64,000 bases of DNA, taken from assembly GCA_963664705.1 (NCBI GenBank), contig OY761556.1, positions 6,814,785-6,878,784 on the forward strand, in the 5' to 3' direction. The notes beneath the pieces are model-generated. The model worked only from the letters and a program-made list of their open reading frames with translations, was not told the origin of the DNA and made no database searches. The DNA comes from Acidobacteriota bacterium (GTDB lineage: Bacteria; Acidobacteriota; UBA6911). The translations under genes and the position numbers were made by a program. Below, piece by piece: positions 26,495-37,000 of this stretch. The stretch's first letter is position 1, and each line of letters opens with the position of its first letter.

Positions 26495-28072
26495 ATGATT
26501 GCCAATACGGTTGGCCTGTCCGCAGGATTCAATCTGGGTTGTATCTTTATCTTTCTCCTCTTCTCTTTGGTATCGGGATTGCCGGATTCTGTTTCTGCCC
26601 AGGTCAGCGCGGAAAAGGAAACGGCTGCCGCCCTTGCCAGGATTGAGAAGCTCAACCCTCTTCTCCATGCCGTAATCGCAGTAGACCCGGAAGCACTGGA
26701 ACAGGCCCGCGCGCTGGACCGGGCCAGCAAAGTACCTGGGCCCTTGTTCGGTGTTACCATTTTAGTTAAGGACAACATCGAGACGAAGGGCAAGCTGCCT
26801 ACTACCGCAGGGAGCCTCGCGCTGCAGCACAATGTCACTGGACGTGATGCGCCAGTCGTAGGACGCCTGCGCTCGGCGGATGCCATTATTTTGGGGAAGA
26901 CCAACCTTTCTGAATGGGCGAATATTCGGTCGAATGCATCGATTTCAGGTTGGAGTGCAGTGGGAGGGCAGACACGCAATCCACATGCCCTCGATCGCAA
27001 TCCCTGTGGCTCTTCGTCCGGCTCGGCGGTGGCTGTCGCATCTGGAATGGTCGCGGCGGCTATTGGCACGGAAACGGATGGATCGATCACCTGTCCGGCG
27101 GCCATCAATGGAATCGTCGGATTGAAGCCTACGGTTGGCCTTGTCAGCCGCTCGCATATTGTTCCGATCAGCCACAGCCAGGACACCGCGGGCCCCATGA
27201 CCAAGGATGTCAGGACGGCGGCTCGTGTGCTTGCGGCGATGGCTGGAGGCGACTCGGATGATGCTGCAACAAAGGATGCGGATGTCCGCAAGGAAAACTA
27301 TGTCGCGGCGCTGGATGTGGATGCGCCAAAGGGTAAGCGGATTGGAGTGCTTCGCTTTGCGGCTGGTTGGTCGGCGCCGGTGGACGTGTTGTTCGAGAAG
27401 GCCCTGGAAGTTTTGAAAGCCAAGGGCGCTACGCTTGTGGACATTAAGGAATTTGGAGATCGGCAGCGCATCATGGATGAGGAGCTTAAGGTGCTCCTTA
27501 CCGAGTTCAAGGCGGATCTGAACTCCTATTTGGCCACAACTCCGCCTGCGGTAAAGGCGCGGACTCTGGCTCAAATCATTGCCTTCAACAGAGAAAATGC
27601 ACACGCGGAAATGACTCTCTTCGGGCAGGAAATGTTTGAGCAGGCGGATGCGACGAAGGGGCTCAATGACCCGAATTATAAAGCGGCGCGTGCCCTGTCC
27701 TACCAGCTTGCGGGTCCCGGCGGCATCGATCGCATGCTTGCGGCCAATGATGTCGTTGCATTGGTTTTTCCCACGATGCCTCCGGCATGGAAGATCGATG
27801 CGGCAAATGGCGACAATGTACCCAATGCTCCGATAGCAGGCTATCTCGCGGCTGTTGCCGGCTATCCGCATCTGACCGTGCCGATGGGTGAGGTCAGGCA
27901 CCTGCCCGTTGGGCTCTCGTTTGTTGGCCCGGCTTGGAGCGAGGCACGCCTTTTGGGACTGGGCTATGCCTACGAACAGGCGGCCAGGATTAGTTTGATC
28001 CCGACCTTCATGCCGTCGATTGAAGATTCCTCCGAGATTTCAAAGCATCTCCAGCCGGCGGCAAAGCACTGA
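26495..28072 (+). CDS. exported amidase (amidase-signature family)
   Basis: ATG 26495 has GGAGG upstream. It has a signal peptide and the AS signature ...GKTNLSEWAN...NPCGSSSGSAVAVASGMVAAAIGTETDGSI. Confidence 0.85.
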   Translation: MIANTVGLSAGFNLGCIFIFLLFSLVSGLPDSVSAQVSAEKETAAALARIEKLNPLLHAVIAVDPEALEQARALDRASKVPGPLFGVTILVKDNIETKGKLPTTAGSLALQHNVTGRDAPVVGRLRSADAIILGKTNLSEWANIRSNASISGWSAVGGQTRNPHALDRNPCGSSSGSAVAVASGMVAAAIGTETDGSITCPAAINGIVGLKPTVGLVSRSHIVPISHSQDTAGPMTKDVRTAARVLAAMAGGDSDDAATKDADVRKENYVAALDVDAPKGKRIGVLRFAAGWSAPVDVLFEKALEVLKAKGATLVDIKEFGDRQRIMDEELKVLLTEFKADLNSYLATTPPAVKARTLAQIIAFNRENAHAEMTLFGQEMFEQADATKGLNDPNYKAARALSYQLAGPGGIDRMLAANDVVALVFPTMPPAWKIDAANGDNVPNAPIAGYLAAVAGYPHLTVPMGEVRHLPVGLSFVGPAWSEARLLGLGYAYEQAARISLIPTFMPSIEDSSEISKHLQPAAKH

Positions 28073-28177
28073 TAGAAGCGGCTATTCGGGCCAACGCCGC
28101 CAATTATTTGCGGAATTGGCCCTAGGGAAGCGGCTAAGCTCTTGCCGGCGAGACGGCGCTCCCGGTGCGCTCCGGCT

Positions 28178-28513
28178 TCAGTCTGCGGCATTCGCCGGAA
28201 CGCTCATTTCCTCTTTCAACTCGTAATGCTGCGATCGCAGGTCAAAATGGGACAGCAATGCTCTCGCTTTTTCCGGTACGACTGCAGCTTCGTAATCCGC
28301 GCCGGCAAACGCCTGAATTGCATCGAGTGAGTCAAAATACATGATGGTTATGAATTCCACCTCGTCGCCAATGGGGCGACGCAGCAGTTGTATGTTTTTA
28401 AAGCCTCGGATTTGTCGATTGTTAATGCCGACAAAAATTTCCGCCTTGAGTAACCGCTCATATCCATCTGCATTGTCGAAGCTGGTCCATCCGTGCCAGA
28501 TCCGCACTATCAT
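28178..28513 (-). CDS. ABM/dimeric alpha-beta-barrel family protein
   Basis: Trimmed to ATG 28513, which has AGGAG upstream; the long form would overlap the methyltransferase gene. 111 aa, MIVRIWHGWTSFDNADGYERLL... Confidence 0.55.
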   Translation of the reverse strand: MIVRIWHGWTSFDNADGYERLLKAEIFVGINNRQIRGFKNIQLLRRPIGDEVEFITIMYFDSLDAIQAFAGADYEAAVVPEKARALLSHFDLRSQHYELKEEMSVPANAAD

Positions 28514-28670
28514 ACCGGTATACTCCTTTCTCATCTTTCCGCTGCTCGTTATTGAGTGGTGAATGGAGGACACTCTATGCCGGGGAACTATCGTCCGGCA
28601 AGGAGAACCTGCCGGATGGAAGCTGCACGGGCATTGCCTCAGCGGTTTCGGATTGGGATGCAGCCCGCGT

Positions 28671-29531
28671 TCATGAGATGACGTTTGTCCCCATTGGACC
28701 AAAGCCGCGTGTTGCTTGAATTTGCAGCATCTCCGGCGAGTACTGGCCGTCCGGGCCATGAATAATCAAGGCCGGTTCCTCAACGGAGGGTCCGGAGCCA
28801 TGAAGGCTGGCGCAATAGAGTGAAAACAGGGGTGGTTTTGATCGCGTAGGAACGACGTCCCGATAGGAATCGATATGAAATCCTTCCCGAGTCACGAGGT
28901 CGAGCCCGCGTTGCTTTTGGCGATGCGGAAAACAGTAAATGAAAAGGCCATCGTCTTGCAGGCACCGCCTGACTGTCCGCGCATAGTCTCCCACATGCCC
29001 CCGCAGCTCAAATCGCGCACAGGCCTTTTGAGTATCTTCGGGAAGTTGACCGGCGTGACGAGGAAAATAGGGAGGACTTCCGGTGACAAGATGGAAGAGC
29101 GTATCGGCGGCGAACTCGCGCAAATCGCCATGAATTGCAGTTGCACGGGAAGTCAGACGGTTGCATTCAAGATTCGCCTGCAGCAATGCATAACTGGCAT
29201 CGTAGGCTTCAATGCATGTCAGCGTCGCCTGCTCGGAAAGGCCCCACAGGACGATCATTCCCACCGTGCCGACGCCGGATCCCAGGTCGAGATAGCGCGT
29301 GGCGCCGGGACATTTTTGCAGCGCGTACCAAGCGGTCAGCGCATCGTCGATGGAGTGACGATGTCCGCGCAGCCGCTGAAATATGCGCAGGGGCCCGGTC
29401 AGTCCGCTGATGGTCAGCGGTTCCCCCAGGTGTTTTTCCAGGGCGGCTTGTTGCGCGAGAAAGGTCTGCTGAATTGCCGTGACATCGGCAGTCGGCAAGG
29501 TTTTCGATTCGGCAATCCGGCTCATCTGCAT
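28671..29531 (-). CDS. class I SAM-dependent methyltransferase with an (S/N/D)PPY motif (N6-adenine/amino-MTase type)
   Basis: Motif I YLDLGSGVGTVGMIV and motif IV LVTGSPPYF. Confidence 0.75.
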   Translation of the reverse strand: MQMSRIAESKTLPTADVTAIQQTFLAQQAALEKHLGEPLTISGLTGPLRIFQRLRGHRHSIDDALTAWYALQKCPGATRYLDLGSGVGTVGMIVLWGLSEQATLTCIEAYDASYALLQANLECNRLTSRATAIHGDLREFAADTLFHLVTGSPPYFPRHAGQLPEDTQKACARFELRGHVGDYARTVRRCLQDDGLFIYCFPHRQKQRGLDLVTREGFHIDSYRDVVPTRSKPPLFSLYCASLHGSGPSVEEPALIIHGPDGQYSPEMLQIQATRGFGPMGTNVIS

Positions 29532-29941
29532 TTTGAGGTGTCCTGCAGACCTTGTATCGCTTTTGGAAGTCCGAAGGATTTTTCGAGGCTGCGATAGACA
29601 TGGCCTGCATCAATCAACTTCTTACGACCTGCACAGTTCATTAACGATGGATGTTCATTTTAGGTGCGTAAATTGCCAAAACCCAGAAATCCAGCCGCCA
29701 GTATAGCAAAATGAGGGGGCGCTCTGTGCAAGGCTATTTGACTGGCTGGAGGGTTCTGATGTCGCAATGAGAGCAATCTTCCTGTTGCCAGGGCATTGTT
29801 TTGGTGTATTGACAGCCCGGATGATGTAGCGATATTTATAAGGACGGGTTGCGAACCTGTCACTCATGGGATAGGGAAGTCCATGCAGGCTCACAGCGAA
29901 TCGTTGGCAAAGCATCGAACCAAACAACATGAGGTATCGTT

Positions 29942-30313
29942 ATGATCCCGGAAAAACTGCTGGAAATCATGAAACAGGATGGTGTTGTTGCTATCGCGAC
30001 CTTAGGAGAGGATGGTCCGCATCTGGTCAACACCTGGAATAGCTACATCCGAATATCGACGGATGGGCGATTGTTTATTCCCGCAGGCTACATGCATAAA
30101 ACAGAGGCTAACATTGCCTATAATCCCAATTTGCTGATTACCATGGGAAGCAGCAAGGTCAAGGGCTTGCATGGGGCAGGCGCCGGCTTTTTGATCAAAG
30201 GCAAAGGGAGCTTCATTACCTCCGGACCTGATTTCGATTTCATGAAAGAAAAATTCAATTGGCTGCGAGCCACCCTGGCCGTGACTATCGATTCCGCCAC
30301 TCAGACCTGGTGA
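29942..30313 (+). CDS. pyridoxamine 5'-phosphate oxidase-like FMN-binding split-barrel protein
   Basis: 123 aa; ...QDGVVAIATLGEDGPHLVNTW...RLFIPAGYMHKTEANIAYNPNLLITMGS is typical of small PNPOx-like proteins. Confidence 0.65.
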   Translation: MIPEKLLEIMKQDGVVAIATLGEDGPHLVNTWNSYIRISTDGRLFIPAGYMHKTEANIAYNPNLLITMGSSKVKGLHGAGAGFLIKGKGSFITSGPDFDFMKEKFNWLRATLAVTIDSATQTW

Positions 30314-30330
30314 GAGATGTCGTGATCACT

Positions 30331-30990
30331 CTATTTGATGATCAGGCCCAGCAGTCGTGCCAAATCTATCGCTTGCGCTGCATTGACAATGGCTCCTCGT
30401 AGATCCTCCGGCCGGACGGAAGCACCCTCGATCTCGGCTCCCCGCAGGTCCGTTCCTTTGAGTTTGGCTCGACTAAGGTCCGCACGACGAAGCATGGCGT
30501 TCGTGAACAATGCGCCCTCAAGATCGGCTCCGCGGAGATCGGCGTCCCCCAGGTTGCACGATTTGAATTCAGAATTGCGGACTTGCCCATCGATGAATTG
30601 TGCATAACGCAAATCGCTGTTTTCCACCAATACGTCTTCCCAGCGACATTCAATGGCTCTCATCCCTGTCATACGGCAGTCGATGAGTTCAACTCGAGCC
30701 GCTTCAAAGCCCTGCAAAATGGAATTGGATAGATCGCACTTAACCAGCCGGACATCATGCAGCCGGGATTTGATAATCCGGCAGTTTGCGAAGGAGACAT
30801 GCTCGAAAACCGAACTCAAGGCTATCAAAGAGGGGATTTTTCTGCCGGAACAGTCCAACTCCTGAAGGAGGCATTCCTCAATCAGTTCGCCGGCAAACAG
30901 CCTTTCGGTCTCGACGGTCGCCAAATCATCTCTCTCGGGGATGTTCTTGGGTGCGGTCCGGTGAAACGATTCCTCTTTTCGATGTTTCAT
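30331..30990 (-). CDS. pentapeptide-repeat protein
   Basis: Consecutive A(D/N)LxX pentads: CNLGDADLRGADLEGALFTNAMLRRADLSRAKLKGTDLRGAEIEGA. Confidence 0.85.
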   Translation of the reverse strand: MKHRKEESFHRTAPKNIPERDDLATVETERLFAGELIEECLLQELDCSGRKIPSLIALSSVFEHVSFANCRIIKSRLHDVRLVKCDLSNSILQGFEAARVELIDCRMTGMRAIECRWEDVLVENSDLRYAQFIDGQVRNSEFKSCNLGDADLRGADLEGALFTNAMLRRADLSRAKLKGTDLRGAEIEGASVRPEDLRGAIVNAAQAIDLARLLGLIIK

Positions 30991-31098
30991 AAAACTCGAT
31001 TATATTCTGGAATTTTGCAATTTACCTATCGTGTTTATCGGAGGCAGGACGATTGATCGCCGCCGTTGCCGAACAGGAAGAGACCGCATTGAGCCCGC

Positions 31099-31653
31099 TT
31101 AGTCATAAGGGTTGAGCAACTGTTCGATCGACACCGGCTTTTGATTCTGGCGCATCCCCTCCTCGATCATCTTTCGGGTTGCGTCGTCCAGATTGAAGAA
31201 GTTGACCAGCTGCAGTGTCAGATCAACCGGTTCAATCTCAGCGCCGGCGCATTGGATCTCCCATTTGGAGACCACCAGGGTTACTCCCGCTTTTTGCGCC
31301 ACCGGTGAAAGTTTGTCCTTCAAAGCCTCCAGGACATTCGGGATCGAGAGGTTTCCGAAAACCTGCTGGTGCATGAGATTTTGGAAGGCCGGTCCCATGG
31401 CTTCGAGGGCTTTCAGCTTTTTTTCATCATTGGCCTCGCGGGCCTTCTGCTGTTCGAGATTCAGATTTCCCATGAAATCCCGGACCTTTTTCATGTTGTC
31501 CGCCCGGTAGTATGCCAGCGCGACGAATCGTGAATCGTAGGTTCCGATGCGAATCTTGGATTGAGCCTCCGCCGCATTCACTCTCTTCTCCGATATTGCG
31601 GCGAACATTAAACCAATCATCAGCATTGCCACGAGCTGCCTGTTTCTTTTCAT
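31099..31653 (-). CDS. secreted hypothetical protein
   Basis: 184 aa with signal peptide MKRNRQLVAMLMIGLMFAAISEKRVNA; no domain recognised. Confidence 0.5.
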   Translation of the reverse strand: MKRNRQLVAMLMIGLMFAAISEKRVNAAEAQSKIRIGTYDSRFVALAYYRADNMKKVRDFMGNLNLEQQKAREANDEKKLKALEAMGPAFQNLMHQQVFGNLSIPNVLEALKDKLSPVAQKAGVTLVVSKWEIQCAGAEIEPVDLTLQLVNFFNLDDATRKMIEEGMRQNQKPVSIEQLLNPYD

Positions 31654-32322
31654 CCGGTTTCTCCTTTTCGCGTTTCATTCCCAGCCGCCAACCTGGCCAG
31701 GGAATGTCTGCAGCACAATAAGCCCTCGGGCCTTTCTATCGCCTGCCCGCCCCCACCAAATTAGCAAGATATGTGCCAACGCGCTTTTTGTTGAGAACAA
31801 TGAGGTTGGCCCGATTTGGTCGCGGGGCTTTGGTGACGCCTGTGCAATATGTGTCCGGGCCTGTGCATTTAGTGTACATGCTGCTTTGGAATTCCTCGAT
31901 CCGCAGGAACGCCGGGAGTCCTATGCAGCACATATAAAGATAATACCAATTGGCAAAGGTCCGTTGGGTGGCTAAAGGGCAAAGCCCCGCCTATTTTTGT
32001 TGTCATTTGACCGTCCTCTGCCAATTACATTTGTCACCCCAGGGCTTGCAACAAGCGCAACCGTTCCTGGCGAGGCTCGTGTACCGATCCGCAGAGAGAT
32101 ATATGTGAAGATAGGCTGCATTGATAAGAATTTCCTATCGAATAGATGGATGGAGCACTCTGCAAGCTCGGCATATCATGGATCGTGAGTAACCATGCAA
32201 ATGGCGCTCCTAAAAGCTGGTTATGGAAATCAGATAAACAGAGGCATTATCTCTTCTCTGTTTCACATACTTGCAACGCCTTGTTGCGTGAGTGCCTTCG
32301 ATATGAGTTTTGGTTCCGGTCT

Positions 32323-33231
32323 TTACTTTGGGAGAGGATCAGATGATGGCCAAAACCGCGCGGTTGATATCGGCAGGGGATGAAAGAAAGCGTTAATGGA
32401 ATGAATCTGTCCCCCCCATACTTTAAAAGCTTCATAGGTTACAAGTGAATTTCCTTGCCCGTAGGCGTCACCAGTGTGCCCAAAGTTCATCCACAAAAGT
32501 ACTACTCCGTTTTGTTCATCCACGGATGCAACGCTGGCAATAATGCCCGGATGCAGAGTGATTCTCTGGGAATACATGCCGCAATCGGGACGGCCGCATC
32601 CCACGCCCGCTGTAATCACGCCGTTTTCAACGCGATAGATTTCCGGAGCAAAGGGAGTTCCGGCATCTGAGAAATTACCGATGCGCAGGCCTTCGGTATA
32701 GGTCAGCGCAGTTTTGATCATCGATTCTCTTGACTGTCTTTTGGCAGGAGGCACGGGATCATTCATTCCCATGATAGGTTTTCCCAACTCCCTCGGGGGG
32801 AATTTTGAGTCGGGCGTGATTCGCTGAACCAATGTCTCAATGCCGGCGATCCTCTTTCCTTTGAGATAAAGCAGCACAGAATAAAGAACCTGGTTTTTGT
32901 CTTCGTAGACTAATATGTGCGTGGCAGCGATCTGCCTTTTTGCATCCAAATAATCCTGCCGGAATTGCCCTTTTGCAGTCACTGTTTTCCAAAGACCCTC
33001 ACCCAAATCAATTTCCTTTCCATCCTCGGTAAAGCGAAATTTGTCGGTCAATAGGAACTTTGAATGATCGTGTGCCACAAGCGCATCAATATACAGTGTT
33101 ATCATGCCAGTCATACAGGTGCGATTGCAGGATTCCACCGCGGCCGATGTCTGCGACACGCCTGCCGGAATTGCTATAACGAACATGGCAGCAACGATTA
33201 TTGATATAGAAAAATTACGTCGACGAATCAT
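32323..33231 (-). CDS. secreted protein, member 2 of the paralog family
   Basis: Start trimmed to ATG 33231. It has a signal peptide, and SCNRTCMTGMITLYIDALVAHD...FRFTEDGKEIDLGEGLWKTV aligns with the other two members. Confidence 0.65.
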   Translation of the reverse strand: MIRRRNFSISIIVAAMFVIAIPAGVSQTSAAVESCNRTCMTGMITLYIDALVAHDHSKFLLTDKFRFTEDGKEIDLGEGLWKTVTAKGQFRQDYLDAKRQIAATHILVYEDKNQVLYSVLLYLKGKRIAGIETLVQRITPDSKFPPRELGKPIMGMNDPVPPAKRQSRESMIKTALTYTEGLRIGNFSDAGTPFAPEIYRVENGVITAGVGCGRPDCGMYSQRITLHPGIIASVASVDEQNGVVLLWMNFGHTGDAYGQGNSLVTYEAFKVWGGQIHSINAFFHPLPISTARFWPSSDPLPK

Positions 33232-34030
33232 AGTCCTCTTTATCATGGGTGTTATGCAAAGAAAACAGCAAGCGATGGCTCCGCAAATCCCCAGGCGCCT
33301 GGGGATTTGCAAATGCATACGCCGGAATGAGCAGATGCCAGATATCCGCGATACTGTGCCCTGTGAAACCGTCAGTATGGTCAAACATTAGGCGCAACTC
33401 GCAAGCCATAATATCACTCTTAGTTATTTTCCCCGCCAGCCAGATTCCAACACAGGCTTCGAGCCTGATTATCAGGTGCATAGCCGGCAAAATACACAAT
33501 CGACCGCGGACTGCTAAGGACCGAGGCGCGGCGCCAGGCCTCGATCTGAATAGATCGGAGAGCCCTGCATATTATTTGGATAATAATTTCATAGCAATTT
33601 CATCGGCCGTCGCTGAGAAAGAATGTCTAATTGCCCCCTATTCAATGTCAATTCTCTGGGTCTCAATTTCTATTCGCAAGCAGAGATTTGAACAAAAGCG
33701 TTATCACAAACCGCTGTTTGATTTTGCTGTGGGGGATTGCATGTACCTAAAGTAACGATTGAGTTTCTGCCATCATGCGCAGAGATGATATCACGCCAAC
33801 AAGGCTAATCGACTATAGCGGAGACCCCAGCTGATGTCTCCCCAAGTACGAATCCTGGACAATTGTTGTCGAGCAAACGCTGGATGAGCACTCCAGGATT
33901 TGGCGTCCGATGCATTGGCTGTTGATGGAGGAGCAGATACGAACGAGTTCGCCTGCTTCGGCGGTTGCCTGCATGGTTTATTCGTCTTTGGATCAGGTAT
34001 GGATGTTTCTAATCGAGGTCGATAAAGCGT

Positions 34031-37000
34031 ATGCCCAAAAAAGTAGTTTTATACAAATGGTTTGCTTTGGTCGCTGTGCTCCTGCCATGCTTTTTGGTTT
34101 CCGTGCAGGCTTTTGGCCAGACCCTCAGTTCTCTGAGTGGAACCGTTCAGGATGCCACTAAGGGGGTGTTGCCAGGTGCAACAGTGACAGCTACGAATAC
34201 GGCAACCGGCGTTGCCACAACGACAATAACGAACAATGCTGGAGTCTATAATATGCCGGCGCTTCAGCCGGGAACATATCGGGTATCTGCCCAAATGAAC
34301 GGCTTCCAGACCAACATCGTAACTGGCGTCAAGCTGGACGTCGCCAGCCAGGTGCGTTTCAACTTTGAGCTTGCGATTGCCGGAGTATCATCACAGGTCG
34401 AAATTTCTACGAGCGCTGATAACCTCCTTCTTGAATCGAGCTCTACAACCGGGGCCGTTTTGACGCAGGATAATGTTGCGAAATTGCCTCTGCTCGGCAA
34501 TAACATTATGGAACTATCCAACATCATGGGCGGAGTGGTCAGACAGGAAGATTCAATTTTCTATAATGATCAACAAAGTTTTGCCGGGGTTAAAGGCGGG
34601 AATATCAATATCCAACGCGATGGTGTTACCGTCAGTGATGCACGTTATTCCTCGGGCATCGTGTCGCCAAGCCGGCTTAATCCGGAAATGGTCAGCGAGT
34701 TTAAAATGGTCCTGACGCCGGTGGATGCCGAGATGGGGCGCGGAGCCGGTCAGGTTCAAGTCCTAACAAAATCAGGAACGAATACTTTTCACGGATCCGG
34801 TGTATGGAGCAACCTGAATACAGGCATCGATGCTAATGAATGGGATAATAACAGGACTGGCACCGGAATAGACTATAGCAATGTTAACGAGTACACCATC
34901 ACCGTCGGCGGACCACTCATCAAAAACAAAACTTTCTTCTTCGGCAGCTGGAATCAAAACATCGTGAGGATGAGGTCGACAGTGCGAACGCCCGTACTCA
35001 CCAATTGTGCGCGGAAAGGAATCTTCCGATATTTTGACGGATGGATCGGTGCGAATACGCAGACGAGTATATCTCGTACAGCAAACGCACAGACACGGCC
35101 TGTGACCGATAGCCAGGGGAATCCGCTGGTCCCGACGGATAATGTGAACGGCACCCCCTATTCGGGAGTTGGCACGGTCCCCAGCTACCAGGGGTTGAAT
35201 TATTTTAGCGTACTGGGCCAGCTTACCCCCTCTGCCAGGCAGCAGGTTCTCGCGGACCCGGTTAATTGTTCGGCCTACGCGCCAAATGGACTTTCCTATG
35301 ATGCAAGTCTGGCAACCCAGCAAGGCTTCAATGGCATTGTTGCAGGATCAAGCTGGGATACTCATCGGTTGGGATATGATTCCTCGGGCTATATTTCGCG
35401 ATTCTCTGCATTGATGCCCGTGGCGAATGACTTCTATGGAGGTGGTTCTGCCAGCTGGGGCGATGGCCTAAATGTTGCGGACCACAAGTGGACGCGCACG
35501 ACGCCTGGCAAGGATACTGTGTATGGAACGGGCTACGATAATCAACGGCGATCGCTCAATTTCAAGATTGACCACAACATTAGTTCAAATCACAAACTTA
35601 GCGGGGCGTATTCCTATGAGGCTGATGATGCGACTGCTGCAGATCAAACCTGGCCCATGCCCAACGGTTTTCCCGGATCCACTCTCCGGAATCCACAAAC
35701 TTTTTCTTTAAACTATACAGCCACGCTGCGACCGACTCTCCTCAATGAATTTCGTTTTGGACTTGCCTATAACTGGATGCACAGCGAAGATCCCATGACA
35801 GGGATCTATGGCACGCAGATGAAGGAACTATTGCAAAAGCTGCTTCCAACAAGCGACTGGCCGGATTGGAAGAGTATGCCTGTGGTTGTGGGGCCTGGTG
35901 CCTACAGGACCCTTTTCTCGCCGGACACCTACATCGCCCAAACGCCATCGGAGACGGCAGTCATTGCAACCCCTATTGCCGCTAGTAATCCCTATGGCAG
36001 CCGCAACTGGTATCAGATTACCTGGGGCGGAGAGGACAAACGCTGGACTTGGGGCGATACAATGACATGGGTGAAGGGCTCTCATTCTTTCCGGTTTGGC
36101 GGTGAATACCGCTGGACACGGATAGGACAGCAGGGCAATGGAACTCAAGGCGCCACCTGGCGATCAAGTGGTACGACACCGTTTGTACTAGGTGGAGATG
36201 GAGGCATCGACACGGCCGCGGCTGCTGGTTTTCAAAACATATCCGGGCTGGTGGGCACGACAAAACAGGGGCTGAATCCCACAGGGAGCTATCAGCAGGC
36301 ATACAACCTTCTGAGCTATTTGTCCGGTTCAGTCGGAGAATTGCGCCAATGGTATTTTGTAAACTCGGCCAAAAATCTGTCCTGGAATGATCCCGCGAAG
36401 GGAGAGCTGAATCAAGATCTTCCTATTCTTCAAAGGGAATTCAGCTTCTTCTTTAAGGATGATTGGAAGATTGCCAACAATCTGACCCTGAATCTGGGCA
36501 TCCGATATGATTACTACGGAGTCCCGTGGGTGGATAGAGGAATGACTGTGGGATTGGAGGGAGGCAGCCAAAGCCTTTTTGGAGGTTCTCAAGGAGGCTT
36601 TAGCAACTGGCTTCAAAACAATGCCTCCTATGATGCCTCCAAGGAAACGGTTCTGCAGTTTATCGGGCCGGATTCACCGCATCCCGATCAAAGCGCCTAC
36701 AACAAAGATTTAAATAACTTTGGTCCAGCGATAGGTTTTGCCTGGCAACTTCCGTGGCTTGGAAAAGGGAAAACCACAGTGCGAGGAGGCTATCAGGCTA
36801 GCTTCGTTCCCGTTGCCGCAGGAGCCTCGTTTGCCGGTATTATCGGCGGCGCGACCGGAACCGTGTATCAAGCCATTTATCATGGGGATGCCAACGTCAG
36901 GGATGGGTACATGGATATGTCCATGGTCCGAGATATGATTCCCATTACGAAGGTTCCCGCAATCCAAGCACAAAATATCCAGCCGTTGCAGAAACGAACA

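Noticed and set aside
26461-27901. Long minus-strand ORFs (276 aa and 318 aa) inside the amidase gene
   Set aside because: They are antisense to a CDS carrying the amidase signature sequence. The translations are Arg/Ser/Pro-rich with no recognisable domain. The same reasoning applies to 5111-5896 (antisense to nuoH), 60699-61619 (antisense to the AOR gene), 3641-4225, 9814-10413 and 50732-51412.
28514-28759. Long form (193 aa) of the ABM-like ORF extending to 28759
   Set aside because: The extension overlaps the 3' end of the methyltransferase gene on the same strand and is Arg/Pro/Cys-rich. ATG 28513, with an AGGAG RBS, gives a compact 111-aa ABM-like protein.
33385-34030. Looked for a riboswitch (for example cobalamin) or small RNA in the 650-nt region upstream of the TonB-dependent receptor gene
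   Set aside because: I could identify only short, unremarkable hairpins (for example GGAGAC…GTCTCC near 33820). I saw no B12-box-like or other riboswitch core by eye, so the evidence is insufficient to call a feature.
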